A DNA stretch of 32,000 nt from assembly GCF_000189295.2 (NCBI RefSeq), contig NC_016803.1, forward strand, positions 2,820,001-2,852,000, written 5' to 3'. The stretch is from Pseudodesulfovibrio mercurii. GTDB lineage: Bacteria; Desulfobacterota; Desulfovibrionia; Desulfovibrionales; Desulfovibrionaceae. Shown here in pieces: positions 7,294-15,588 of the stretch (positions within the stretch are counted from its first letter, which is position 1; each line of letters starts with the position of its first letter). The notes below the pieces were generated by a model. That model saw nothing but the letters and a program-made list of their open reading frames with translations, had not been told where the DNA came from and made no database searches. A program made the position numbers and the translations under genes.

Positions 7294-9138
7294 ATGGAAA
7301 AAACTAAAGAATCTGTTGAAATGCCCGAAATGGAAATGAATTTCGCCGACGCGCTCGACGAGTATCTGAACTCCGATTTCGGCGATCTGGACGAAGGGAC
7401 CATCGTCTCCGGCGAAGTGGTCAAGGTCGACAAGGACTACGTGCTCGTCGACGTCAACTTCAAGTCCGAAGGCCAGATCCCGGTCTCCGAATTCACCGAG
7501 CCGGACGGCACCGTGTCCGTGTCCGTCGGTGAGAAGGTCGATGTGTTCGTCGCCCGCAAGAACGAAGCCGAAGGCACCATCTACTTGTCCCGCGACAAGG
7601 CCAAGCGGATGCAGCTTTTTGATAAACTGGAAGAGCTTCAGGAAAAGGACGGCGAGGTCATCGGCCGCATCGTCCGCCGCATCAAGGGCGGCTACACCGT
7701 CGATCTCGGCGGCGTCGAGGCCTTCCTGCCCGGTTCCCACGTGGACCTGCGCCCCGTTCCCGACATGGACGCCCTGGTCAACCAGGAGTTCGACTTCAAG
7801 ATCCTGAAGATCAACCGCCGCCGCTCCAACGTCATCGTCTCCCGCCGCGTGCTCCTCGAGGAAATGCGTTCCGAACAGCGCGGAAAGCTGCTCGAGACCC
7901 TCGAAGAGGGCCAGGTGGTTCAGGGCAAGGTCAAGAACATCACCGAGTACGGCGTGTTCATCGACCTCGGCGGTCTCGACGGCCTGCTGCACATCACCGA
8001 CATGTCCTGGAAGCGCATCAAGCATCCCAAGGAGATGGTCTCCCTGGGCGACGATCTCGAACTGAAGATCCTGAACTTCGACCGCGAAGGCCAGAAGGTC
8101 TCCCTGGGCCTCAAGCAGCTCGTGCCCGATCCGTGGGAGAACATCGCCGAGAAGTATCCCGAGGGTTCCCGCTTCACCGGCGTCATCACCAACCTGGCCG
8201 ACTACGGCGCGTTCGTCGAGCTGGAGAACGGCGTGGAAGGTCTGGTCCACATCTCCGAGATGTCCTGGACCCGCAAGCTCCGTCACCCGTCCCAGATGGT
8301 CAAGGTCGGCGAAGAGGTCGATGTGGTCGTCCTCGGCGTGGACCCGGACAAGAAGCGCATCTCCCTGGGCATGAAGCAGATCTCCCCCAACCCGTGGGAT
8401 GTGGTCGCCGAGAAGTACCCCGAGGGCACCGTCCTCGAAGGCGCCATCAAGAATATCACCGAGTTTGGCGTGTTCATCGGCATCGAGGAGGGCATCGACG
8501 GCCTGATCCACGTGTCCGACATCTCCTGGACCAAGAAGATCCGCCACCCCTCCGAGGTTTACAAGGTCGGTGACTCCGTCCAGGCCAAGGTCCTCACCGT
8601 GGACAAGGAGAACGAGAAGTTCACCCTGGGCGTCAAGCAGCTGACCGAAGACCCGTGGACCCAGGTCCCGGCCAAGTACCCCGTGGGCCAGAAGGTCACC
8701 GGCACGGTCACCAACATCACCGACTTCGGCCTCTTCGTCGAGGTCGAGGAAGGCATCGAAGGCCTGGTCCACGTCTCCGAGATCAGCCGCAAGAAGATCA
8801 AGTCCCCCTCCGAGATGTTCAAGGAAGGCGACACCATCGAAGCCAAGGTCATCCACGTGTCCGCCGACGAGCGCCGCCTGGGCCTGTCCATCAAGCAGAC
8901 CAAGGAAGAGCCCGCCCGCACCTCCGGAGGCGGCAAGTCCAAGTCCTTCGGCGGCGACAGCGTGTCCGCCGGCTCCACCCTGGGCGACCTGCTCCGCGAG
9001 AAGCTTGAGGAAGCCGCGGGCGACGCCCTGGCCGCTGCCGAAGAGGAAGAGGCCGCCGAGGCCGAAGCCCAGGTCGAAGAGACCGTTGCCGAAGCTCCGG
9101 CCGAAGAGGCCGCTGCCGAGGAAGAAGAGTCCAAGTAA
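7294..9138 (+). CDS. rpsA: 30S ribosomal protein S1
   Basis: 614 aa. Six tandem S1 (OB-fold) repeats of the pattern G.V.G.V..I..FGAFV.L..G.EGL.HISE. An Ala/Glu-rich acidic C-terminal tail follows. GGAGG lies upstream of the ATG. Confidence 0.97.
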   Translation: MEKTKESVEMPEMEMNFADALDEYLNSDFGDLDEGTIVSGEVVKVDKDYVLVDVNFKSEGQIPVSEFTEPDGTVSVSVGEKVDVFVARKNEAEGTIYLSRDKAKRMQLFDKLEELQEKDGEVIGRIVRRIKGGYTVDLGGVEAFLPGSHVDLRPVPDMDALVNQEFDFKILKINRRRSNVIVSRRVLLEEMRSEQRGKLLETLEEGQVVQGKVKNITEYGVFIDLGGLDGLLHITDMSWKRIKHPKEMVSLGDDLELKILNFDREGQKVSLGLKQLVPDPWENIAEKYPEGSRFTGVITNLADYGAFVELENGVEGLVHISEMSWTRKLRHPSQMVKVGEEVDVVVLGVDPDKKRISLGMKQISPNPWDVVAEKYPEGTVLEGAIKNITEFGVFIGIEEGIDGLIHVSDISWTKKIRHPSEVYKVGDSVQAKVLTVDKENEKFTLGVKQLTEDPWTQVPAKYPVGQKVTGTVTNITDFGLFVEVEEGIEGLVHVSEISRKKIKSPSEMFKEGDTIEAKVIHVSADERRLGLSIKQTKEEPARTSGGGKSKSFGGDSVSAGSTLGDLLREKLEEAAGDALAAAEEEEAAEAEAQVEETVAEAPAEEAAAEEEESK

Positions 9139-9150
9139 GGAAAAAACGTC

Positions 9151-10053
9151 ATGCGCATGGCAGGAACCAAAGACCGTTTCTCCCAGCGCCACCCCTTCCT
9201 GTTCGGGGTGTTGATGATCATACTGGCCATGGCCCTCATCACGGGGGTCATGGCCTTTTTCCGCGCCCTGGGCTGGACCCCCGGCTCCCTCGCCCTGTCC
9301 GGCGACAAGATCGGCATCGTCCACGTCGAGGGCATGATCCTCGACTCCTCCCGCGTGGTCCGCTTCATCCGTAGCCTCGAAGAGGACGACTCGGTCAAGG
9401 GCGTGCTTCTGCGCGTGGACTCCCCCGGCGGCTCCATCGCCCCGTCCCAGGAAATTTACGCCGCCGTCAAGCGGCTCAACCAGGTCAAACCCGTCATCGC
9501 CTCCTACGGCACCGTGGCCGCGTCCGGCGGCTACTACGCCTCCTGCCCGGCCCGGCTCATCTTCGCCAACTCCGGCTCCATCACCGCCTCCATCGGCGTC
9601 ATGGCCGAGTTCGTCACCGTGGCCGACGCAATGGAGAAATTCGGCATCCGGCCCGAAGTCCTGACCACCGGCAAATTCAAGGCCGCGGGCACCCCCCTGC
9701 GCAACCTCACCGACGCCCAGCGCGAACAGATGCTCGGACTCATGCAGGACCTCCACGACCAGTTCGTGGACGACGTGGCCGAGGCGCGCGGCATGGAACG
9801 CGCCCGCATCGCCGCCATCGCCGACGGACGCGCCGTCACCGGCCGACAGGCCCTGGCCCTCGGGCTCATCGATCGCCTCGGCACCCAAGCCGACGCCGTC
9901 GAGGAACTCAAAAAGGAAACCGGCATCGAGGGCCGCGCCGCCGTCATCGAAGGACCCGTAGAGGAACGGACCTTTGTCCAGGAACTCATGGGCGCCCTCA
10001 AGATCGACCTCTCCTCCAGCCTCAAACAGGGCTGGTCCTTCTACTACAAATAG
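9151..10053 (+). CDS. sppA: Signal peptide peptidase SppA, 36K type (S49 peptidase)
   Basis: 300 aa with an N-terminal TM segment. Motifs seen: VLLRVDSPGGS, ASYGTVAASGGYYASCPA, SGSITASIGV. It lies 12 nt downstream of rpsA. Confidence 0.92.
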   Translation: MRMAGTKDRFSQRHPFLFGVLMIILAMALITGVMAFFRALGWTPGSLALSGDKIGIVHVEGMILDSSRVVRFIRSLEEDDSVKGVLLRVDSPGGSIAPSQEIYAAVKRLNQVKPVIASYGTVAASGGYYASCPARLIFANSGSITASIGVMAEFVTVADAMEKFGIRPEVLTTGKFKAAGTPLRNLTDAQREQMLGLMQDLHDQFVDDVAEARGMERARIAAIADGRAVTGRQALALGLIDRLGTQADAVEELKKETGIEGRAAVIEGPVEERTFVQELMGALKIDLSSSLKQGWSFYYK

Positions 10054-10057
10054 AGCC

Positions 10058-10205
10058 GGGGAATGCCTCCGGCGGCCGGGGCTCCGCCCCGGACCCCGCC
10101 AGGGCGCTGCCCTGGACCCGCTGGGGCGCTGCCCCCGACCCCGCCAAAGAACCCTTTAAAAAGGGTTCTCTGGACGCTCCCAAACTTTTTGTGTGCCTTC
10201 GGCGG
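10058..10205 (+). repeat. Intergenic repeat family F1, copy b
   Basis: Contains ggggaatgcctccggcggcc (10058-10077), ccagggcgctgccctggacccg (10099-10120), the palindrome agaaccctttaaaaagggttct (10148-10169) and caaactttttgt...gccttcggcgggg. The modules are collinear with 5519-5645. Confidence 0.75.
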
Positions 10206-10424
10206 GGGCGTGCGGACGCGGGGAGACGTGCGGGTTGAGCGAGGTGGGAAGGGCCGGTGCTGCTTCGCGGGGGGATTGGCCGGACGGCCACGGGCCCCGC
10301 AGGGCCGTCCGGCGCGAACCCTTCGGGACGGTTGCCCAACGCCGCCGACGAGGTCGGCGGAACCCGTTAAATTTGTTTCGCGGCGTTGGTAAAAGCCGGG
10401 AAAAGTCGTGGTTCTTGGGGCGCT

Positions 10425-10655
10425 ATCCCCTTCATTAAAAGAACAACCCCCGCGATTTCGGGCAGAAAAAACGGCGTGCTTCTTTCGGTGAAGAAGCACG
10501 CCGTTCCATCCGTTTTTTCTGCCCGGAATCGCACACCGCCACCGCACGGCCCCCGAGCGCAAGCGAGGCGATGGGGGTGCAGGGGGCCTTGCTCCCTGCC
10601 GGGTCCAGGGCAGCGCCCTGGTCTCCCCGAAGGGGCCGCCGGAGGCATTCCCCCG
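10425..10655 (+). repeat. Intergenic repeat family F2, copy a
   Basis: Collinear blocks are shared with 21148-21386: aacaac..ccgcgatttcgggc, aaacggcg, ttcg(g)tgaag, ccgttttt..c..g.a.atcgcacaccg, ccccgagc..agcgaggcgatggg, cccagggc.gcgccctgg, ccgccggaggcattcc. Confidence 0.75.
10452..10532. terminator. Long nested hairpin inside F2 copy a; plausible bidirectional terminator for the convergent sppA and HDAC-like genes
   Basis: The inner stem is a perfect 14 bp, acggcgtgcttctt (10471-10484) against aagaagcacgccgt (10491-10504). The outer arms are gcgatttcgggcagaaaaaa and ttttttctgcccggaatcgc. A-runs and T-runs lie on either side of the inner stem. Confidence 0.5.
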
Positions 10656-10680
10656 ACGCATTCCCCGACGCATGTCTTCG

Positions 10681-12015
10681 TCAGAATCCGTAGCGCAGGT
10701 ATTCCTTGTCCAGCCGGTTGATGAGTTGGATGTAGCGGTAGGTGCCCTTGATCTGGGCGTCCTCCACTGTCTGGTAGCCCTTGGCGCGGCATTCGGGGCA
10801 GGCGTTGACCGGGATTTCCACACCCAGGCAGAGCGGGCCGGAGTCGGCGCGGGTCTCGACCTTGTAGAGGCCCCGGCACTCCTTGCACAGGGTCACGGAT
10901 TCCTGCTGGACCTCGTTGATGCCGTCGGTGTCGTAGTAGATCTGCTTGTGGCGGACGTAGCGGTCGCCGGTGATGACGCCCTGGCGGCTGTCGCCCTTGG
11001 AGACGAACTCGGGCGGGTCGAAGTACAGGGCGGGGAGCTGCTTGCACAGTTCCTCGATGTAGGCGGTGGTCCGGGCGTCCTGGCGGATGCGTTCGGCGTT
11101 GTAGTTGGGTTCGCGGACAAAGGAGTAGTCCACCCCGGCCATGGCCAGGCAGATGCCGAGGTTGACGTAGGGCAGGGCTCCCTGGATGGAGTAGCCGCCC
11201 TCGAGCACGGCGATGTCCGGCTTGAGCATGTCGTTCATGGCCGCGTAGCCGCCCGCTGAGAAGTTCATGTTGGTGATGGGGTCGGAGAAGTGGTTGTCCT
11301 GTCCGGCGGAGTTGATGACCAGGTCCGGCTTGAAGTCTTCCAGGATGGGCAGGACCACGCGCTCGACGGCCATGAGGAATCCCTCGTCCGAGGTGTTGGG
11401 CGGCAGGGGGATGTTCAGGGTCCGGCCCATGGCGTTGGGCCCGCCCAGGTCGCGCGGGAAGCCGGTGCCGGGGTACAGGGTCCGGCCGTCCTGGTGCAGG
11501 GAGATGAACAGGGTGTCCGGGTCGTGCCAGTAGATGTCCTGGGTGCCGTCGCCGTGGTGGCAGTCGGTGTCCACGATGGCGATGCGCTTGTGCCCGTACT
11601 TCTCCCGGATGTGCTCGATCATGATGGCTTCGATATTGATGGTGCAGAAGCCGCGCGAGCCGTGGACCACCTTCATGGCGTGGTGTCCGGGGGGGCGGAC
11701 CATGGCGAAGGCCCGGTCGGTCTTGCCCTCCATGACCAGGTCGCCCGCCTTCATGGCCCCGCCCGCGGAGATGAGGTGCGAGCGGGTGGCCACCGAGGGC
11801 ACGTCCGGGAAGCAGAAGTGGACGCGCTCCACGTCCTCCACGGCGGCCACGTCGGGCTTGTATTCGGTGATGCCCTCGATGTCGAAGAGGCCCTCCTCGC
11901 GCAGCTGGTCCTGGGTGTAGAGAAGCCGTTCCTGGCGCTCGGGGTGGGTGGGCGAGATGGCCCAGTCAAAGGCCGGGAAGAAGATGATGCCGAGGCTGTT
12001 CTTGGACTTGAGCAT
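10681..12015 (-). CDS. Histone deacetylase-fold (arginase/deacetylase superfamily) amidohydrolase with a C-terminal Cys4 zinc-ribbon-like extension
   Basis: - 444 aa.
- Catalytic motifs are all present: RPPGHHA, GFCTINIEAI, DTDCHHGDGTQDIYW, SAGQDNHFSDP, LEGGYS.
- The ~120-aa tail contains CKEC(x27)CPEC.
- The ATG lies 3 nt after the stop of the upstream gene. Confidence 0.88.
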   Translation of the reverse strand: MLKSKNSLGIIFFPAFDWAISPTHPERQERLLYTQDQLREEGLFDIEGITEYKPDVAAVEDVERVHFCFPDVPSVATRSHLISAGGAMKAGDLVMEGKTDRAFAMVRPPGHHAMKVVHGSRGFCTINIEAIMIEHIREKYGHKRIAIVDTDCHHGDGTQDIYWHDPDTLFISLHQDGRTLYPGTGFPRDLGGPNAMGRTLNIPLPPNTSDEGFLMAVERVVLPILEDFKPDLVINSAGQDNHFSDPITNMNFSAGGYAAMNDMLKPDIAVLEGGYSIQGALPYVNLGICLAMAGVDYSFVREPNYNAERIRQDARTTAYIEELCKQLPALYFDPPEFVSKGDSRQGVITGDRYVRHKQIYYDTDGINEVQQESVTLCKECRGLYKVETRADSGPLCLGVEIPVNACPECRAKGYQTVEDAQIKGTYRYIQLINRLDKEYLRYGF

Positions 12016-12018
12016 GGT

Positions 12019-13728
12019 TTAGCGGCCCTCCCCGAAGGTCTTGATTACGCCGGGACGGACCTGGCACTTGACGCGGATGTTCCGGCCCACCTGGTCGTAC
12101 CCCTCGACCATGTTGAAGCTCGAGGCGTGGGTGATCTGGGCGTCCTCGCCCTTGAGGAACACGCCCATGGAGTCGAGCTGCATGGTCAGCTGGTTGGCGG
12201 CGTCGCGCTTGGCGTCCTCCAGGTCGTAGCTGGAGGGCACGTTCTCGCGGTAGGACAGGGAGGGGATGAACAGGACGTGGCGCTGGGTGTCGGCGAAGAG
12301 TTCGAGTTCCCAGGTGGTCCGGGTCAGGGCCGCGCCGATGGCGTTGGCCACGTCGAAGTTGTCGGGCACCTCGGTGGACAGCTGGAAGCGGTCGCGCAGC
12401 TCGTCCTTCATGGCCTCGGCCGGGCCGCCCATGAGGTAGATCTTCTTGGGCACGATCTTCTTGCCTTCCAGGAGTTCGTGGATGGTGTAGACCGGCTTGG
12501 AGTTGATCTCGTCCACCAGGGCGCGGGTGGCGTCCTGGATGGCCTTCGCCGCGTAGGTCACGGCCCCCTCGGCCAGCTTGTCGGCGGTCAGGGTGCGGGC
12601 CGAGGCATAGGCCTCCATGGCCTTGCGCGAGGCCTCGACGTCGCCCACCTTGCAGGCCCCGGTGCAGTTCAGGGCGTCGGTCAGGGTGATGCGGTCGCCG
12701 CCCAGGCACACGGACGGGCCGAGCCGGTTGGGCCCCACGCGGACCTCGGGGCCGACCACGGAGATGGCCGAGTCGCCGCCGATGCCGATGGAGTGGACCT
12801 TGAGCGCCGAGACCAGGGTGGGGTGGGAGCCGATGTCGATGCCCTCGCGCTCGATGAGCGGCGCGCCGTCGGCGAAGACCGCGATGTCGGTGGTGGTCCC
12901 GCCGATGTCGAGGATGATCGAGTCGTGGAAGATGTCGGTCAGGGCGATGATGCCCATGACCGAGGCGGCCGGGCCGGAAAAGATGGACTGCACGGGCAGG
13001 GTCCGGGACTGGGGCAGGGGCATGGTCCCGCCGTCGGCCTTGAGCACGTTGACCTTGACGTGGCCGAGGCCCATCTCGTCCAGGGCCTTTTCCACGGCCG
13101 TGGCGAAGGCGTTGTACAGCCGCCAGACCGCGCAGTTGAAGTAGGCGGTGGCCACCCGGCGCGGGAAGTTGAGCGCCCCGCCGAGCTGGTGGCCCAGGGT
13201 GACGAAGTCGGCGTGTTCGCAGACGTCCACGGACTTGCAGTTGCAGACCGTGCGCCGGATGAGGTTCTCGTGGCGCGGGTTGCGGGTGGAGAACTTGGAG
13301 ACCGCGGCGAAGACGCGCACGCCGTTCTCGCGGCAGGCGTCCACGGCCTCGGCAAGCTGGCGGGAGCTGAGGGCGCGGACCTCGTTGCCCCGGTGGTCTA
13401 TGGACCCGTCGATGACGTGGAAGTCCTTGCAGGGCATGAAGTTGTGCGGGTCGATGCCCGGCCCGGACGAGACGATGACGCCCACGTCCTCGGTCTTGTT
13501 CTGGACGATGGCGTTGGTGGACAGGGTGGTGGACAGGTTGAGCTGGGTGACGGCGTTGCGGTCGATCCGCTCGAGGATGGTGGCCAGGGCCTCGGTCACG
13601 GACGAGAGCAGGTCGTCGTGTCGGGTGGGCACCTTGCAGGAGGCGGCCACCGTGGGCCTGTCCCCGATGTCGATGGCGACCGCGTCGGTGTGGGTGCCGC
13701 CCACGTCGATTCCTAGTAGCATTTCCAC
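12019..13728 (-). CDS. Hydantoinase/oxoprolinase A-like (ASKHA-fold ATPase) family protein
   Basis: 569 aa. N-terminal LLGIDVGGTHTDAVAI and central ILDIGGTTTDIAVF phosphate-binding motifs are typical of HyuA/acetone-carboxylase-beta-like proteins. No HyuB-like gene is adjacent. Confidence 0.85.
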   Translation of the reverse strand: MEMLLGIDVGGTHTDAVAIDIGDRPTVAASCKVPTRHDDLLSSVTEALATILERIDRNAVTQLNLSTTLSTNAIVQNKTEDVGVIVSSGPGIDPHNFMPCKDFHVIDGSIDHRGNEVRALSSRQLAEAVDACRENGVRVFAAVSKFSTRNPRHENLIRRTVCNCKSVDVCEHADFVTLGHQLGGALNFPRRVATAYFNCAVWRLYNAFATAVEKALDEMGLGHVKVNVLKADGGTMPLPQSRTLPVQSIFSGPAASVMGIIALTDIFHDSIILDIGGTTTDIAVFADGAPLIEREGIDIGSHPTLVSALKVHSIGIGGDSAISVVGPEVRVGPNRLGPSVCLGGDRITLTDALNCTGACKVGDVEASRKAMEAYASARTLTADKLAEGAVTYAAKAIQDATRALVDEINSKPVYTIHELLEGKKIVPKKIYLMGGPAEAMKDELRDRFQLSTEVPDNFDVANAIGAALTRTTWELELFADTQRHVLFIPSLSYRENVPSSYDLEDAKRDAANQLTMQLDSMGVFLKGEDAQITHASSFNMVEGYDQVGRNIRVKCQVRPGVIKTFGEGR

Positions 13729-13950
13729 TCCATGGTTTAGTCTGGCTTCATTCCGGGGTTACCCCCCTTGGGCGCGCCGCGCAAGTGTCCATTCGGTCAA
13801 TGGTCGAATCGGCTCGGGGAATGGTCGCCGAAGGATTCCGGGAACGGGCGGGGAGGGTTTGCCTTTCCCTGCCATCTTCGTGTAGCGTGCGGGCGTCACA
13901 AGGAAAATCCCCGCGTGCCGGATGCGGCCGCCGGGGGAAGGAGCGGTTTC

Positions 13951-14811
13951 ATGAGCAAGATTTTCATCACGGGCGCGGCCGGAAACGTGGGCTCGGCCCT
14001 GATCGATACACTTCCCGACAAGGCGGCCGTGGTGGCCGGCGTGCACGGCCCGGACAAGGCCGAACGCCTGGCGGCCTCGGGCGTGGAGGCGCGGGTCTAC
14101 GACTTCGCGGACAAGGCGTCCATGGTCGCGGCCATGGCCGGGTGCGACCGGCTGTTCCTGTCCGTGCCCATGGACGAGAAGATGGCCCGGTTCGGGCGGC
14201 TGGCCGTGGATGCGGCCAAGGAGGCGGGCATCGGCTACATCGTCCGCCTGAGCGGGTACGGCGCGTCGTCGGACGCCCACTGGCGACTGGGCCGCGAGCA
14301 GGGCATGATCGACCAGTTCGTGGAGGATTCCAAGATCCCGTTCACCGTGCTGCGGGCCAACTCCTTCATGCAGAATTTCAGCACCGTGCTCGCCCCCATG
14401 GTCCGGTCCGGGGCCCTGATCCTGCCCGAGGAGGCGTACAAGGTCAGCTACATCGACGTGCGCGACATCGCGGCCTGCGCTGCCCGGCTGTTCAACGACA
14501 ACGAGGGGTACACCAACGCCTTTTACGCCCTGACCGGCCCGCGCGGGCTGACCCTCGGGGACGTGGCCGCCATCATCGCCGAGGGTGCCGGGATCGCGCT
14601 GGAGTACGCCCCGGTGGACGAGGACGCGTACATCGCGGCCCTGGACGCGGCGGGCGTGTCCGAGTGGAACCGCAACATGCTGGTGTCCCTGAGCCGGGTC
14701 ATCAAGCTCGGCATGATGGGCAACGTGACCCAGGCCGTGGAGTACCTGACCGGCACCCCGGCGCGGACCTTCGAGGGCTTCGTGCTTGAACACGCGGACG
14801 CCTGGAGGTAG
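13951..14811 (+). CDS. NmrA-family / atypical SDR NAD(P)-binding protein
   Basis: ORF 13768..14811. Preferred start is the ATG at 13951 (MSKIFITGAAGNVGSAL, a Rossmann GxxGxxG) with GGAAGGAG upstream. NmrA-like strings seen: IVRLSGYGA, FTVLRANSFMQNF. Confidence 0.82.
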   Translation: MSKIFITGAAGNVGSALIDTLPDKAAVVAGVHGPDKAERLAASGVEARVYDFADKASMVAAMAGCDRLFLSVPMDEKMARFGRLAVDAAKEAGIGYIVRLSGYGASSDAHWRLGREQGMIDQFVEDSKIPFTVLRANSFMQNFSTVLAPMVRSGALILPEEAYKVSYIDVRDIAACAARLFNDNEGYTNAFYALTGPRGLTLGDVAAIIAEGAGIALEYAPVDEDAYIAALDAAGVSEWNRNMLVSLSRVIKLGMMGNVTQAVEYLTGTPARTFEGFVLEHADAWR

Positions 14812-14814
14812 CCC

Positions 14815-15588
14815 GTGCCCAAGGGCCGCGAGGAACTTTTGCGGGTCATCCGGACCATCTCGGCGGGCGGTCCCGCCGACGGCATTCATGCCCTGACCGG
14901 TCCGGAGTACGACCCCGAAATCCAGGAGCTGGCCGAGGCCGTGGCCGTCATGCTGGCCAAGATCGAGGCCAGGGAGGACCGGCTGGAGCAGCTCCTGGCC
15001 AAGATCCGGCGCGACACCGTGAACACCATCACGGCCGTGGCCCATGCGCTGGGCGCGCGCGACGCCTACACCGAGGGCCACGGCGAGCGGGTCGGCGTCT
15101 ACGCCCGGCGGCTGGCCCAGCGGCTCGGCCTGCCCGCGGACGAGGTGGAGCGCATCCGCGTCGCCGGGACCCTGCACGACATCGGCAAGATCGGCTTTTC
15201 CGACCGCATCTTTTCCAGCGAGGACACGCCCCTGACCCGGGAGATGGTCGACGAGATCCACCGCCACCCGGAGTGGGGCCGCGACATCCTCAAGAACCTC
15301 GACTTCCTGGGCCCGGCCCTGGAATACGTCTACGCCCACCACGAACTCATGGACGGCTCGGGCTACCCGCGCGGGCTTGCGGGCGAGGCCATTCCCCTGG
15401 GCGCGCGCATCCTCTGCGTGGCCGACTATTTCGACGCCATGACCACGGACCGCCCCTACCAGCGGGGCCGGTCCGCCGAGGCGGCCTTCGAGACCCTGCG
15501 CCGGTTGGCCGGGACCGCCCTGGACCCGGACCTGGTGGAGACCTTCATCCTCGAGGTGGAGGAGGGCGGCCCGGCGGGCGCGGCATGA
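14815..15588 (+). CDS. Stand-alone HD-GYP domain protein (putative cyclic-di-nucleotide phosphodiesterase)
   Basis: 257 aa. GTG start 3 nt after the NmrA stop, with GGAGG 7 nt upstream. Motifs seen: HGERV, GTLHDIGKIGF, HHELMDGSGYPRGL, ADYFDAMTTDRPY. The N-terminus is a ~65-aa coiled segment with no receiver domain. Confidence 0.88.
   Translation: MPKGREELLRVIRTISAGGPADGIHALTGPEYDPEIQELAEAVAVMLAKIEAREDRLEQLLAKIRRDTVNTITAVAHALGARDAYTEGHGERVGVYARRLAQRLGLPADEVERIRVAGTLHDIGKIGFSDRIFSSEDTPLTREMVDEIHRHPEWGRDILKNLDFLGPALEYVYAHHELMDGSGYPRGLAGEAIPLGARILCVADYFDAMTTDRPYQRGRSAEAAFETLRRLAGTALDPDLVETFILEVEEGGPAGAA

Noticed and set aside
7129-9888. A 919-aa minus-strand ORF opposite rpsA and sppA
   Set aside because: It is antisense to two unmistakable housekeeping genes. 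Its composition is a high-GC artefact (GDGAGVGEDEPGRAGG...), and it has no start context or domain motifs.
11290-13716. An 808-aa plus-strand ORF opposite the HDAC-like and hydantoinase-like genes
   Set aside because: It is antisense to genes with complete catalytic motifs. Its sequence is repetitive and Gly/Asp/Val/His/Arg-rich, with no identifiable family.
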